Shown here: one piece after another, positions 1-8,640 of the stretch | Numbering within the stretch: position 1 is the first letter of the stretch | Layout: every line of letters starts with the position of its first letter | Assembly: GCA_026996855.1 (NCBI GenBank) | Contig: JALWJZ010000005.1 | Span: forward strand, 3,656 to 67,655 | Source of the DNA: Anaerolineales bacterium | Lineage (GTDB): Bacteria; Chloroflexota; Anaerolineae; Anaerolineales; DRMV01 | DNA length: 64,000 nucleotides | Direction of reading: 5' to 3' | Translations under genes and position numbers: made by a program | The notes under the pieces: model-generated | Databases searched by the model: none | Seen by the model: the letters and a program-made list of their open reading frames with translations, nothing else | What the model was told of the DNA's origin: nothing

Positions 1-1
1 C

Positions 2-640
2 GTGCGGGTTCCCGTGGCCGTGGCTCGCGGGCATGAGACCCGCCTGGAGACCCTGGCCGCGCACGTGCCCACCGCGGGCATCGTGCTGGCAGCGGGCCCT
101 TCCCGACGCATGCCCGGCGTGAACAAATTGCTCCTTCCGGTGCAGGGGGAACCCATGGTGCATCGGGTGGCCCGTACGGCCCTGGAGGCCCTGCTGGATC
201 CGGTGGTCGTGGTGGTGGGCCACGACGCCGAGGCCGTGGCCCGGGCTGTGGCCGACCTGCCGGTGCAGGTGATGCACAACCCCCATTGGGAAGCCGGTCA
301 AAGCACCTCGGTGCGGGCGGGGTTACAGGCACTCCCCCCGGGAACGGGCGCCGCCGTGTTCCTGTTGGGGGATATGCCCTTCGTGCCGCCCACCCTGGTG
401 CGGGCCCTGGTGGCGGCCCACGCCCAAACCCTGGCCCCCATCGTCGCGCCGCGGGTCGAGCACCGCCGGGGCAACCCCGTGCTGTTCGACGCAGTCACCT
501 TCCCCGACCTGCTGGCCCTCCACGGCGACGTGGGCGGTCGGGTGCTGTTCGACAAATACCCCGTCCATACCTTCCCCTGGTTCGACGAAACCACCCAGCG
601 GGACGTGGACACCGAAGCCGACGCGGCTTTGTTGCGCTGA
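2..640 (+). CDS. MobA/MocA-like nucleotidyltransferase (molybdenum cofactor cytidylyl/guanylyltransferase family); the 5' end may be cut by the window edge
   Basis: Motifs GIVLAAGPSRRM, NKLLLPV and FLLGDMPFV are typical of the MobA-like NTP-transferase fold. The ORF runs from the window edge. Confidence 0.7.
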   Translation: MRVPVAVARGHETRLETLAAHVPTAGIVLAAGPSRRMPGVNKLLLPVQGEPMVHRVARTALEALLDPVVVVVGHDAEAVARAVADLPVQVMHNPHWEAGQSTSVRAGLQALPPGTGAAVFLLGDMPFVPPTLVRALVAAHAQTLAPIVAPRVEHRRGNPVLFDAVTFPDLLALHGDVGGRVLFDKYPVHTFPWFDETTQRDVDTEADAALLR

Positions 641-700
641 AGGAATGGTACAATTGCCCCACCTCTCACCGAGCACAGGTTGCGCGAGGGAAAGTCCGCC

Positions 701-1780
701 ATGACCCAGTACATCATCCGCCGCCTGCTGTTGTCCATCCCGGTGATTTTCGGCATTCTGCTGGTGACCTTTGCCCTGGCCCGCATCATCCCTGGCGACC
801 CGTGTAAGGCCATCCTGGGGGAAAAGGCCACGCCCGAAGTGTGCGAGCGCTTTTACGAGGAACACGGCCTGAACGACCCCATTCCTGTGCAATTCGCCAA
901 TTACATCGCCGATTTCCTCCGGGGCGACCTGGGCGATTCCCTGCGCTACGGGCGACCCGTCATCGTCATCATCATCGAGCGGCTGCCCGTGACCATCGAG
1001 CTCAGCCTGGCGGCCCTCTTCCTCGCGGTGAGCATAGGTATTCCCCTGGGATTAATTTCCGCTCTGCGCCAGAATTCCTGGATCGACCTGATGACCATGT
1101 TCCTGGCCAACATTGGGGTTTCCATGCCCGTGTACTGGCTGGGCCTGCTTTTGGCGTATACCTTTGCCCTGCTTTTGAAAGGCACACCCTTGTGGTTGCC
1201 GCCGGCGGGGCGGCTCTCCCCCGCGCTGACCGCCACGCCTTTCTACGAGGTATGGGGCTGGCAGGTGGAACCCGAGACCTTCCGCTTCTACGCCTTGCAT
1301 TTCATCAGCAACATGTACATCCTCAACTCCCTGTTGACCCGCGACTGGACCGTGCTCAAGGACGCTCTGCGGCATCTGATTCTGCCCGCCGCGGCCCTGA
1401 GCACCATTCCCATGGCCATCATCGCCCGCATGACCCGTTCCAGTATGCTGGAGGTGTTGCGACAGGATTACGTGAAGGCGGCCCGGGCCAAGGGCCTGCG
1501 CACGCCGGTGGTCATTCTGAAACACGCCTTTCGCAACGCGCTCATCCCCGTAGTCACCATCATTGGCTTGCAGGTGGGGCTGCTGTTTTCCGGCGCGGTG
1601 CTTACCGAAACCATTTTCAGTTTTGCCGGCGTGGGCAGCATGTTGTACGAGGCCATCACCGCCCGGGATTACCCCGTGGTTCAGGGGTTCACCGTCATCA
1701 TCGCCCTCGTGTACGTTTTCGTCAACCTGGCCGTGGACATCCTGTACGTGTTCATCGACCCCCGCATTCGCCTGGAGTGA
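701..1780 (+). CDS. Peptide/nickel-type ABC transporter permease (DppB/OppB family)
   Basis: N-terminus MTQYIIRRLLLSIPVIFG and multiple TM segments. The EAA-like loop region KAARAKGL matches BPD_transp_1 permeases. ATG at 701 preferred over the upstream in-frame start at 680. Confidence 0.9.
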   Translation: MTQYIIRRLLLSIPVIFGILLVTFALARIIPGDPCKAILGEKATPEVCERFYEEHGLNDPIPVQFANYIADFLRGDLGDSLRYGRPVIVIIIERLPVTIELSLAALFLAVSIGIPLGLISALRQNSWIDLMTMFLANIGVSMPVYWLGLLLAYTFALLLKGTPLWLPPAGRLSPALTATPFYEVWGWQVEPETFRFYALHFISNMYILNSLLTRDWTVLKDALRHLILPAAALSTIPMAIIARMTRSSMLEVLRQDYVKAARAKGLRTPVVILKHAFRNALIPVVTIIGLQVGLLFSGAVLTETIFSFAGVGSMLYEAITARDYPVVQGFTVIIALVYVFVNLAVDILYVFIDPRIRLE

Positions 1781-1783
1781 GCC

Positions 1784-2716
1784 ATGACCACCGCAACGGC
1801 CCAAGCCACCCCTTCGCGGGAGCGCCCCACCAGCCCCTGGCAACTGGCCTTGCGTCGCCTGTTGCGTCATCGGTCGGGCCTGGTGGGCGGGGGCATCATC
1901 GTGTTTTTGCTCCTGGTGGCCCTGTTCGCGCCCGTCATCGCCCCTTACGACCCCAACGAGGTGTTGTTGGGTAAAGAGCCGGGCATCCGGCGCCGGCAGA
2001 AGCCTTGCATCCACCTGCTGGGATGCCCCCCGGAACAGCCCCAGCACATCATGGGCCTGGACGGCAACGCGCGGGATGTGTTCAGCCGGGTGATTTACGG
2101 GACCCGGGTCTCCCTGTTCGTGGGCTTCACCACGGTGACGGTGGCCATTGTGGCCGGGACGGTCTTGGGTGCGGTGGCCGGTTACGTGGGCGGCTGGGTG
2201 GACAACATCATCATGCGCTTCATGGACGTGCTCCTGGCCTTCCCGTCGTTGCTTCTGGCCATCGCCATCGTGACGGTGCTGGGCCGGGGCCTGCAAAACG
2301 CGCTGCTGGCCATTGCCATCGTGTCCACGCCGGTGTACGCCCGGGTAGTGCGGGCCAGCGTGCTTTCCCTCAAGGAGCGGGAATTCGTCCTCGCGGCCCG
2401 GGCCCTGGGCGCGGGGCATTTGCTTATTTTGTTCAAACACATCCTGCCCAATGCGCTGCCTCCCCTCATTGTGCAGGCTACCCTGGGCATTGCCACCGCG
2501 ATTCTGGACGCGGCCGCGCTTTCCTTTTTGGGCCTGGGTGCCCAGCCGCCCACGCCGGAGTGGGGTTCCATGCTGGGTGAGGAGCGCAACCAGGTGTTCA
2601 CCGCGCCCCATCTGGTCTTCTTCCCCGGCCTGGCCATCATGATTACCGTGCTGGCCTTCAACCTTCTGGGCGATGCCCTGCGGGACGCGCTGGACCCCCG
2701 CCTGCATCGGGAATGA
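1784..2716 (+). CDS. Peptide/nickel-type ABC transporter permease (DppC/OppC family)
   Basis: Starts 4 nt after the upstream permease. Typical N-terminal TM plus a conserved permease core (LLAFPSLLLAIAIV, ARALGA). Its last ~35 codons are duplicated at 4885-4985. Confidence 0.9.
   Translation: MTTATAQATPSRERPTSPWQLALRRLLRHRSGLVGGGIIVFLLLVALFAPVIAPYDPNEVLLGKEPGIRRRQKPCIHLLGCPPEQPQHIMGLDGNARDVFSRVIYGTRVSLFVGFTTVTVAIVAGTVLGAVAGYVGGWVDNIIMRFMDVLLAFPSLLLAIAIVTVLGRGLQNALLAIAIVSTPVYARVVRASVLSLKEREFVLAARALGAGHLLILFKHILPNALPPLIVQATLGIATAILDAAALSFLGLGAQPPTPEWGSMLGEERNQVFTAPHLVFFPGLAIMITVLAFNLLGDALRDALDPRLHRE
2599..2699 (+). repeat. Direct repeat copy 1 (3' end of the permease gene); copy 2 is at 4885-4985
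   Basis: About 100 nt, caccgcgccccatctggtcttcttccccggcctggccatc...gacgcgctggacccc, recurs at 4885-4985 with only a few mismatches. Confidence 0.85.
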
Positions 2717-2763
2717 GGCGACCTTGGTTTCGGAAGGTATGGTTTTGTTGGATTTGCCCGTTG

Positions 2764-2792
2764 TTGACTTAGTCCAGGGCTTAGTCTATAGT
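2764..2792 (+). promoter_or_regulatory. Sigma70-like promoter of the phd/vapC cassette, with overlapping short direct repeats (candidate operator)
   Basis: TTGACT, 17 nt, TATAGT. The spacer contains cttagtc twice. Lies 35 nt upstream of the antitoxin start. Confidence 0.5.
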
Positions 2793-2826
2793 GGGATAGG
2801 CGAAGGAGGTGGTTTAGGAGGCATCC

Positions 2827-3072
2827 ATGGATACGGTTGTCAATGTGCATGAGGCCAAAACCCATTTTTCCAAATTGTTAGCGCGGGTCATGGCCGGTGA
2901 GGAAATCATTATCGCGAAAGCCGGAAAGCCGGTGGCCCGCCTGGTTCCTTTGGAGGCCCCGGCCCGGCCTCGAAAACCGGGCAGTGCCCGGGGGAAAATT
3001 TGGCTCGCCCCGGATTTTGACGCTCCTCTTCCTGAATCTGTTCTCCAAGCGTTTGAAGGGGAAGCAGGGTGA
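2827..3072 (+). CDS. Phd/YefM-family type II antitoxin
   Basis: N-terminus MDTVVNVHEAKTHFSKLLARVMAGEEIIIAKAGKPVARLVP is the canonical Phd/YefM signature. Its stop overlaps the toxin start (GTGA). Confidence 0.8.
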   Translation: MDTVVNVHEAKTHFSKLLARVMAGEEIIIAKAGKPVARLVPLEAPARPRKPGSARGKIWLAPDFDAPLPESVLQAFEGEAG

Positions 3073-3458
3073 AATATTTGCTGGATACCCACGTCTTTTT
3101 ATGGTGGATATTGGATGACCCGCGGCTTTCCAAGACAGCGCGCGAGATCATTTCCGATGCGAAAACAACCATCTTTTTCAGCGTGGTGTCGGCGTGGGAA
3201 ATCGCCATCAAAGCGCACCTCGGGCGGATTAAATTCACAACCAAACCTCTGGAACGTTTTCTTCAGGAACAACTCCAAGCCAACGACGTTCAGGTCTTGC
3301 CTGTGCTGTTGCATCATGTGTTCCGGGAACATACCTTGCCGCTTTTGCATCGCGACCCCTTCGATCGTATGTTGATTGCCCAAACTCTGGAAGAACATTT
3401 GACCTTGATCACGGCTGATGCCCAAATCAAAGCCTATAATGTGCCGGTCGTGTGGTAG
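3069..3458 (+). CDS. vapC: PIN-domain type II toxin (VapC family)
   Basis: LLDTHVFLWW, SAWEIAIK, HRDPFDR and ITAD supply the acidic PIN residues in the expected order. Translationally coupled to the antitoxin. Confidence 0.85.
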   Translation: MKYLLDTHVFLWWILDDPRLSKTAREIISDAKTTIFFSVVSAWEIAIKAHLGRIKFTTKPLERFLQEQLQANDVQVLPVLLHHVFREHTLPLLHRDPFDRMLIAQTLEEHLTLITADAQIKAYNVPVVW

Positions 3459-3501
3459 TCAGGAAGCCCTTTCAAAGGCCGATGCACCTTGGGAGCGGGA
3501 G

Positions 3502-4179
3502 ATGAAGGGAATGACGGCCAGACCCTTGCTGGAAATGCCCGTACACCTTTTGGACCGCCACAACCGGCCCTACACCGGCGCTTATCTGCTCCGCCTGCAG
3601 GGATGGACCCTGGAGGACTACCTGCGCCTGGCTCCGGAAAACGCGTTCGTGGAATTCGTGCGCGGGGAGGTGCTCATGGCTTCGCCGGTGACGGCTTTGC
3701 ATCAACTGGTGGTTCATTTCCTTGCCAAGTTGCTGGACGAATTCCTGCTGGCTCACGGGGAAAGGTTCGTCGTGCTCACCGGTCCGGCTGCGGTGCAGAT
3801 TCTGCCCGACGTGGTGCGGGAGCCGGACGTGTTCGTGCTGCCGCCCGAGGCCGAGGCGGTGCTGGACCAGGTGCCTCTGCCCGTGGTGCCTCGGTTGGTC
3901 ATCGAGGTCACCAGCCCCTCTACCCGCACGGTGGACCTGGTGGAAAAGCCCCTGGACTATGCCCAGGCCGGCGTGCCCGAGTACTGGGTGGTGGACATGC
4001 AGGAACAGGCGGTGATGCAGCACCTGTTGGAACAGGGTACGCGCTACACGGCCCGCCGGGTGGTGCGGGGCTGGGTGGCTTCGCGGGTCCTCCCCGGCTT
4101 TCGGGTCAAGGTGGCGTGGCTCTTTCCCAGGCCGCGGCTTGCGGTGCAAGAGGCCCTCGCGGAAATGCGTAAGACGTAA
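3502..4179 (+). CDS. Uma2-family (DUF820) restriction-endonuclease-like protein, copy 1
   Basis: Motifs [29 protein letters not shown] and EYWVVD are typical of Uma2/DUF820. ATG at 3502 is preceded by gggagcggga. Confidence 0.8.
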   Translation: MKGMTARPLLEMPVHLLDRHNRPYTGAYLLRLQGWTLEDYLRLAPENAFVEFVRGEVLMASPVTALHQLVVHFLAKLLDEFLLAHGERFVVLTGPAAVQILPDVVREPDVFVLPPEAEAVLDQVPLPVVPRLVIEVTSPSTRTVDLVEKPLDYAQAGVPEYWVVDMQEQAVMQHLLEQGTRYTARRVVRGWVASRVLPGFRVKVAWLFPRPRLAVQEALAEMRKT

Positions 4180-4196
4180 GCGGAAAAGGAGGGCTT

Positions 4197-4871
4197 ATGG
4201 CCTTGATGCTGTTGCCCGAACCTCCGGTGCAAATTCTGGACCGCCGGAAGCGCCCTTACCGGGGGCCGTACCTGCTCCGCCTGCAGGGGTGGACCCTGGA
4301 GGACTACCTGCGCCTGGCCCCGGAAAACGCGTTCGTGGAATTCGTGCGCGGGGAGGTGCTCATGGCTTCGCCAGTGGCCGCCTTGCATCAGGATGTCGTG
4401 CTCTTCCTGGCCGCTTTGCTTCGGGCCTGGCTGCCACATAACCAGCCGGGGATGCGTGTGTCTACCGGTCCGGCTGCGGTGCAGATTCTGCCCGACGTGG
4501 TGCGAGAGCCGGATGTGTTCGTGCTGCCGCCCGAGGCCGAGGCGGTGCTGGACCAAGTGCCTCTGCCCGTGGTGCCTCGATTGGTCATCGAGGTCACCAG
4601 CCCCTCTACCCGCACGGTAGACCTGGTGGAAAAGCCCCTGGACTATGCTCAGGCCGGCGTGCCCGAGTACTGGGTGGTGGACATGCAGGAACAGGCGGTG
4701 ATTCAGCACCTGCCGGGACAGGGTGCACACTACACGGCACGCCGGATGGCGCGGGGCTGGGTGGTTTCGCGGGTCCTCCCCGGCTTTCGGGTCAAAGTGG
4801 AATGGCTTTTCCCCAGGCCGGAGTTGAGCGTGCAAGCGGCCCTTCAGGCCATGGGGGGCGATGAGGCATGA
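4197..4871 (+). CDS. Uma2-family (DUF820) restriction-endonuclease-like protein, copy 2 (tandem paralogue)
   Basis: Same motifs as copy 1. Long stretches are nucleotide-identical to 3586-4135, offset by 686 nt. Confidence 0.8.
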   Translation: MALMLLPEPPVQILDRRKRPYRGPYLLRLQGWTLEDYLRLAPENAFVEFVRGEVLMASPVAALHQDVVLFLAALLRAWLPHNQPGMRVSTGPAAVQILPDVVREPDVFVLPPEAEAVLDQVPLPVVPRLVIEVTSPSTRTVDLVEKPLDYAQAGVPEYWVVDMQEQAVIQHLPGQGAHYTARRMARGWVVSRVLPGFRVKVEWLFPRPELSVQAALQAMGGDEA

Positions 4872-4884
4872 AGCCGAGATGGCA

Positions 4885-5032
4885 CACCGCGCCCCATCTG
4901 GTCTTCTTCCCCGGCCTGGCCATCGTAATCACCGTGCTGGCCTTCAACCTTCTGGGCCATGCCCTGCGGGACGCGCTGGACCCCTGGGTAAACAAAGCCC
5001 TCCATCTTTGTTGCCAAGGAGAAGCCCTGTGA
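4885..5032 (+). pseudogene. Orphaned 3' fragment of the DppC/OppC permease gene (probable original gene end)
   Basis: In the permease frame it reads [45 protein letters not shown]-stop. There is no upstream coding continuity. Its TGA overlaps the GTG start of the ATPase gene. Confidence 0.6.
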
Positions 5033-6054
5033 GCGAGCCTTTGCTGGATGTGCGCAATCTCCGAACCTACTTTTTCACCGCCGATGGCGTGGTCAAGGCC
5101 GTGGACGGGGTGTCTTTTCACGTCATGCCGGGGGAAGTATTGGGCCTGGTGGGTGAGTCGGGCTGCGGCAAAAGTGTGACCTCTTTTTCCATCATGCGCC
5201 TGGTGGACCCGCCGGGGCGCATCGTGGACGGGGAAATTTGGTTTCAGGGGGTGAATTTGCTGGAACTTTCCGAAGCCGAAATGAGCCGTATCCGGGGCAA
5301 TCGCATTTCCATGATTTTTCAGCAGCCCAAGAGCAGCCTGAACCCCGTATACACCATTGGTGACCAAATTGCCGAAGTGTTCCAGACTCACCAGGGCATG
5401 AAGAAGAAGGAAGCCTGGAACCGGGCCGTGGAATTGCTGCGCCTGGTGGGCATCCCGGACCCGGACCGCAAGGCCCATGCCTATCCCCATGAACTTTCCG
5501 GCGGCCAGGCCCAGCGGGTGATGATTGCCATGGCCCTGGCCTTGCGGCCCCAACTGCTCATCGCCGACGAACCCACCACCGCCCTGGACGTGACCATCCA
5601 GGCTCAAATTCTGGACTTGCTCATGGACCTGCGGAACCGATTCGGCACGGCCATCATCCTCATTTCCCACGACCTGGGGGTGATTGCCGAGATGGCCGAT
5701 CGGGTAGCGGTCATGTACGCCGGCCAGATTGTGGAGCAGGCTTCGGTGGTGGATCTTTTCCACAACCCCCAGCACCCTTACACCCGGGGCTTGCTGGCTT
5801 CCCTGCCGGTGTTGGGCCGCTTTCGCAAGCGACTGGAGACCATCCCCGGCAACGTGCCGAACCTCATCGACCTGCCGCCCGGATGTCGGTTTGCCCCCCG
5901 CTGCCGGGCCCGGGTGGAGGCTGGCTTGCAGATTTGTCAACAGCAGGAGCCTGACTTGCTGCTCGTGGGTGAAGACCACCTGGTACGATGCTGGCTGTAT
6001 CAGGAAGCCCCCGCAGCGGCGGGTATCCCTTCTTTCCGTGAGGCTCAACCATGA
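5029..6054 (+). CDS. Peptide ABC transporter ATP-binding protein (DppD/OppD family)
   Basis: Walker A GESGCGKS, signature LSGGQAQR, Walker [13 protein letters not shown], and the C-terminal oligopeptide-type extension (HPYTRGLL). GTG at 5029 is preceded by aaggag. The track ORF start at 4861 reads through the permease relic. Confidence 0.9.
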   Translation: MSEPLLDVRNLRTYFFTADGVVKAVDGVSFHVMPGEVLGLVGESGCGKSVTSFSIMRLVDPPGRIVDGEIWFQGVNLLELSEAEMSRIRGNRISMIFQQPKSSLNPVYTIGDQIAEVFQTHQGMKKKEAWNRAVELLRLVGIPDPDRKAHAYPHELSGGQAQRVMIAMALALRPQLLIADEPTTALDVTIQAQILDLLMDLRNRFGTAIILISHDLGVIAEMADRVAVMYAGQIVEQASVVDLFHNPQHPYTRGLLASLPVLGRFRKRLETIPGNVPNLIDLPPGCRFAPRCRARVEAGLQICQQQEPDLLLVGEDHLVRCWLYQEAPAAAGIPSFREAQP

Positions 6055-7097
6055 CGCAAGCGCCATCCGTTTCTCCCAAGCCCTTGCTGGAGGTGCGCGG
6101 CCTGAAAAAGTACTACCCTGTGCGGGGCGGGCTGCTTCGCCGGGTGGTGGCCTGGGTGCGGGCCGTGGACGACGTCAGTTTCGCCATTTATCCCGGCGAA
6201 ACCCTGGGCCTGGTGGGCGAGTCGGGTTGTGGCAAGACCACCGCGGCGCTGACCCTGCTCCGGTTGGTGCAGCCCACCGCGGGCGAGGCGTATTTCAACG
6301 GCCGCGATATCTTCGCCCTGAAAGGCCGGGAAATGAAGGCCCTGCGCCGGGAGATGCAAATCGTTTTTCAGGACCCTTACGCCTCTTTGGACCCCCGCCT
6401 GCCCGTGGGCGAGTCCATCATGGAAGGGCTGAACATTCACGGCATCGGCACCCGACGGGAGCGGCGGGAAATCATGATGGAGATGTTGCGCCGGGTGGGG
6501 CTGGAGCCGTACCACGCCTATCGTTATCCCCATGAGTTTTCGGGCGGCCAGAGGCAGCGTATCGGCATCGCCCGGGCCCTGGCCCTTCGGCCTCGGTTCA
6601 TCGTGCTGGACGAGCCCGTCTCCGCGCTGGATGTGTCCATTCAGGCGCAAATCCTCAACCTGCTCATGGATTTGCAGGAAGAGTTCGGCCTGACCTACCT
6701 TTTCGTGGCCCACAACCTGGCCGTGGTGGAGCACATTTCCCATCGGGTGGCCGTCATGTATTTGGGGAAAATCGTGGAAGTTGCGGACAAGGTGGAGCTC
6801 TTCCGCAATCCTTTGCATCCGTATACCCAGGCGCTGCTTTCCGCAGTGCCGGTGCCCGACCCCACCAAGAAGAAGGAACGCATCATCCTGCCCGGGGATG
6901 TGCCCAGCCCGCTCAACCCGCCGTCCGGATGCCGCTTCCATCCCCGCTGCCCCTTCGCGAAACCGGAATGCGCCGAAACCGAGCCGGAACTTCGGGAGTT
7001 GCGGCCCGGGCATTGGGTGGCCTGCCATTTTGCGGAGGACTTCCTGCCGGGGGGAAGCCAGCCGGCCCCGAAGAACGGCGGGGATACAACGATGTAA
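6051..7097 (+). CDS. Peptide ABC transporter ATP-binding protein (DppF/OppF family)
   Basis: Walker A GESGCGKT, signature FSGGQRQR, Walker [21 protein letters not shown] and C-terminal CRFHPRCP. Overlaps the upstream ATPase by 4 nt. Confidence 0.9.
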   Translation: MTQAPSVSPKPLLEVRGLKKYYPVRGGLLRRVVAWVRAVDDVSFAIYPGETLGLVGESGCGKTTAALTLLRLVQPTAGEAYFNGRDIFALKGREMKALRREMQIVFQDPYASLDPRLPVGESIMEGLNIHGIGTRRERREIMMEMLRRVGLEPYHAYRYPHEFSGGQRQRIGIARALALRPRFIVLDEPVSALDVSIQAQILNLLMDLQEEFGLTYLFVAHNLAVVEHISHRVAVMYLGKIVEVADKVELFRNPLHPYTQALLSAVPVPDPTKKKERIILPGDVPSPLNPPSGCRFHPRCPFAKPECAETEPELRELRPGHWVACHFAEDFLPGGSQPAPKNGGDTTM

Positions 7098-7120
7098 AGC
7101 CTTGCCTTTTCCTGGCGGTA

Positions 7121-7257
7121 AGAGGGTGTTTGAGAAGGTGCGAAGCACCTTCTCAAAAAAGAAAGAATTTTGCAAAAGACGCTCGTGGACTGCAGTTTCC
7201 GCTTTCGTCTGGTGGTAACTTCTTATTGTAACGTAAATCCGTTTTCAAGCACCCTCT
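7121..7257 (+). mobile_element. MITE-like non-autonomous repeat, copy 1
   Basis: Terminal inverted repeats AGAGGGTGTTTGA / TCAAGCACCCTCT and an internal perfect hairpin gagaaggtgc-gaa-gcaccttctc. AT-richer than its flanks. Near-identical copy at 39408-39552. Confidence 0.55.
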
Positions 7258-7414
7258 AAGATGTCCTTGGAATGTGGGGAAAAACGGGCGATACGCCCGT
7301 TTTTCGTTTGGTAGTTCGCGGTATACTGAAAGCGATGCAGGATTCCGTGGCCTGCGCATGTCTGTGTTTGGCGGAGTGAAACGCGTTTCTCCTGGCTTTT
7401 GAGAGGGTTGCTTG

Positions 7415-8587
7415 ATGGCGAAACCGGCCAATTTCCATGTGGTCATCGTGGGGGGCGGCGCCACGGGCGCGGCCCTGGCCCACGACCTGGCCTTGCGAGG
7501 CCTGCGGGTGACTTTGGTCGAACGCGGGGAGGTCACATCCGGCACCACAGGACGGCATCACGGGCTTTTGCACAGCGGCGGGCGCTACGCGGTCAAAGAC
7601 CCGGAATCGGCCCGGGAGTGCATCGAAGAGAACTTCATCCTGCGGAAAATCGCGCCCGGATCCTTCGAACTCAACGACGGCCTGTTCGTGGCCATCACCG
7701 AAGAGGACGAGGCCTACCTGCCCCGTTTCCTGGAAGGTTGCGAAGCCTGTGGCATCCCCACCCAGGTGCTCTCCCGGGAAGAAGCCCTGCGTCTGGAACC
7801 CAACCTCAACCCCCAGGTACGGGTGGCCGTGCGGGTGCCCGACGGCACCATGGATGCCATGCGTCTTCCGTTGCGCTTTCTGGCCACGGCCAAAAAGAAC
7901 GGCGCAGTGGTGCGACCCTACACCGAGGTACTGGAGGTCCTCAAGCGCAACGGCACGGTGTACGGCGTGCGGGTGCGGGACCACGTCACCGGCCGGGAGG
8001 AAGACATCCACGCCGACGTGGTGGTCAACGCCGCGGGGCCCTGGAGCGGCAAAATCGCGGCCATGGTGGGCGTGGACGTGCCTATCCGGCCTTCCCCTGG
8101 TGTGTTGGTGGCCGTGGAAGGCCGCTGGACCAACATGGTCATCAACCGGCTCCACCCCGCGGGCGACGGCGACATCATCGTGCCCCAGCGGGGCCTCTCC
8201 ATCATTGGCACCACCTCCTGGGTGGTGGACGACCCCGACGCGCTGGACCTGCCCGAGGACCACGTGCGGCTTATGTTCGAGAAGGGCGGGGAAATGGTGC
8301 CCGTCGTGGGCAAGGCGCCCTTGTGGGCCGCCTGGTCCGCGGCCCGGCCCCTGGTGGGACCCCGCCAGGCCGAGACCGGCCGGGAACTCAGCCGCACCTT
8401 CAAGTGCTTCGACCACGCCGACGAAGGCGTGGAAGGTTTCGTGACCATCACCGGGGGCAAGGCCACCACCGCGCGGGGCATGGCCGAGGTCACCGCCGAC
8501 GTGGTCTGCCGCAAACTGGGACTGGACGTTCCCTCCCGCACGCGCGAGGTAGTGTTGCTTCCCCACACAGCCTACTACCGGCTGTGA
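7415..8587 (+). CDS. FAD-dependent oxidoreductase, GlpA-core type (anaerobic glycerol-3-phosphate dehydrogenase subunit A-like, lacking the C-terminal BFD-like domain)
   Basis: VVIVGGGATGAALAHDLALRGLRVTLVERG, GRHHGLLHSGGRYAV, ESARECI and ITGGKATT follow the E. coli GlpA sequence as I recall it. The protein ends where the GlpA [2Fe-2S] domain would start. Confidence 0.8.
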   Translation: MAKPANFHVVIVGGGATGAALAHDLALRGLRVTLVERGEVTSGTTGRHHGLLHSGGRYAVKDPESARECIEENFILRKIAPGSFELNDGLFVAITEEDEAYLPRFLEGCEACGIPTQVLSREEALRLEPNLNPQVRVAVRVPDGTMDAMRLPLRFLATAKKNGAVVRPYTEVLEVLKRNGTVYGVRVRDHVTGREEDIHADVVVNAAGPWSGKIAAMVGVDVPIRPSPGVLVAVEGRWTNMVINRLHPAGDGDIIVPQRGLSIIGTTSWVVDDPDALDLPEDHVRLMFEKGGEMVPVVGKAPLWAAWSAARPLVGPRQAETGRELSRTFKCFDHADEGVEGFVTITGGKATTARGMAEVTADVVCRKLGLDVPSRTREVVLLPHTAYYRL

Positions 8588-8640
8588 GGACGAATCTGGG
8601 TCCTGGCAGCGGGTTTTCTTGCTCTCAGGAGAGGTGGAGC

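Noticed and set aside
1052-2707. 551-aa ORF on the minus strand, antisense to both ABC permease genes
   Set aside because: It is fully overlapped by two well-supported permease genes. Its translation is a Gly/His/Gln/Arg-rich sequence with no motifs, which is typical of stop-codon-poor antisense frames in high-GC DNA.
4861-5028. N-terminal extension of the ATPase ORF ([21 protein letters not shown]…)
   Set aside because: It reads the duplicated permease 3' fragment in the wrong frame. The conserved OppD-type N-terminus starts at GTG 5029, which has a good RBS.
7399-8640. 5' two-thirds of the 656-aa plus-strand ORF 7399-9369 (also the 436-aa antisense ORF 7256-8566)
   Set aside because: This part is out of frame over the GlpA-like gene and Arg/Gly/Pro-rich with no motifs. 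Only the part from ATG 8641, which has an RBS and SdhB motifs, looks coding.
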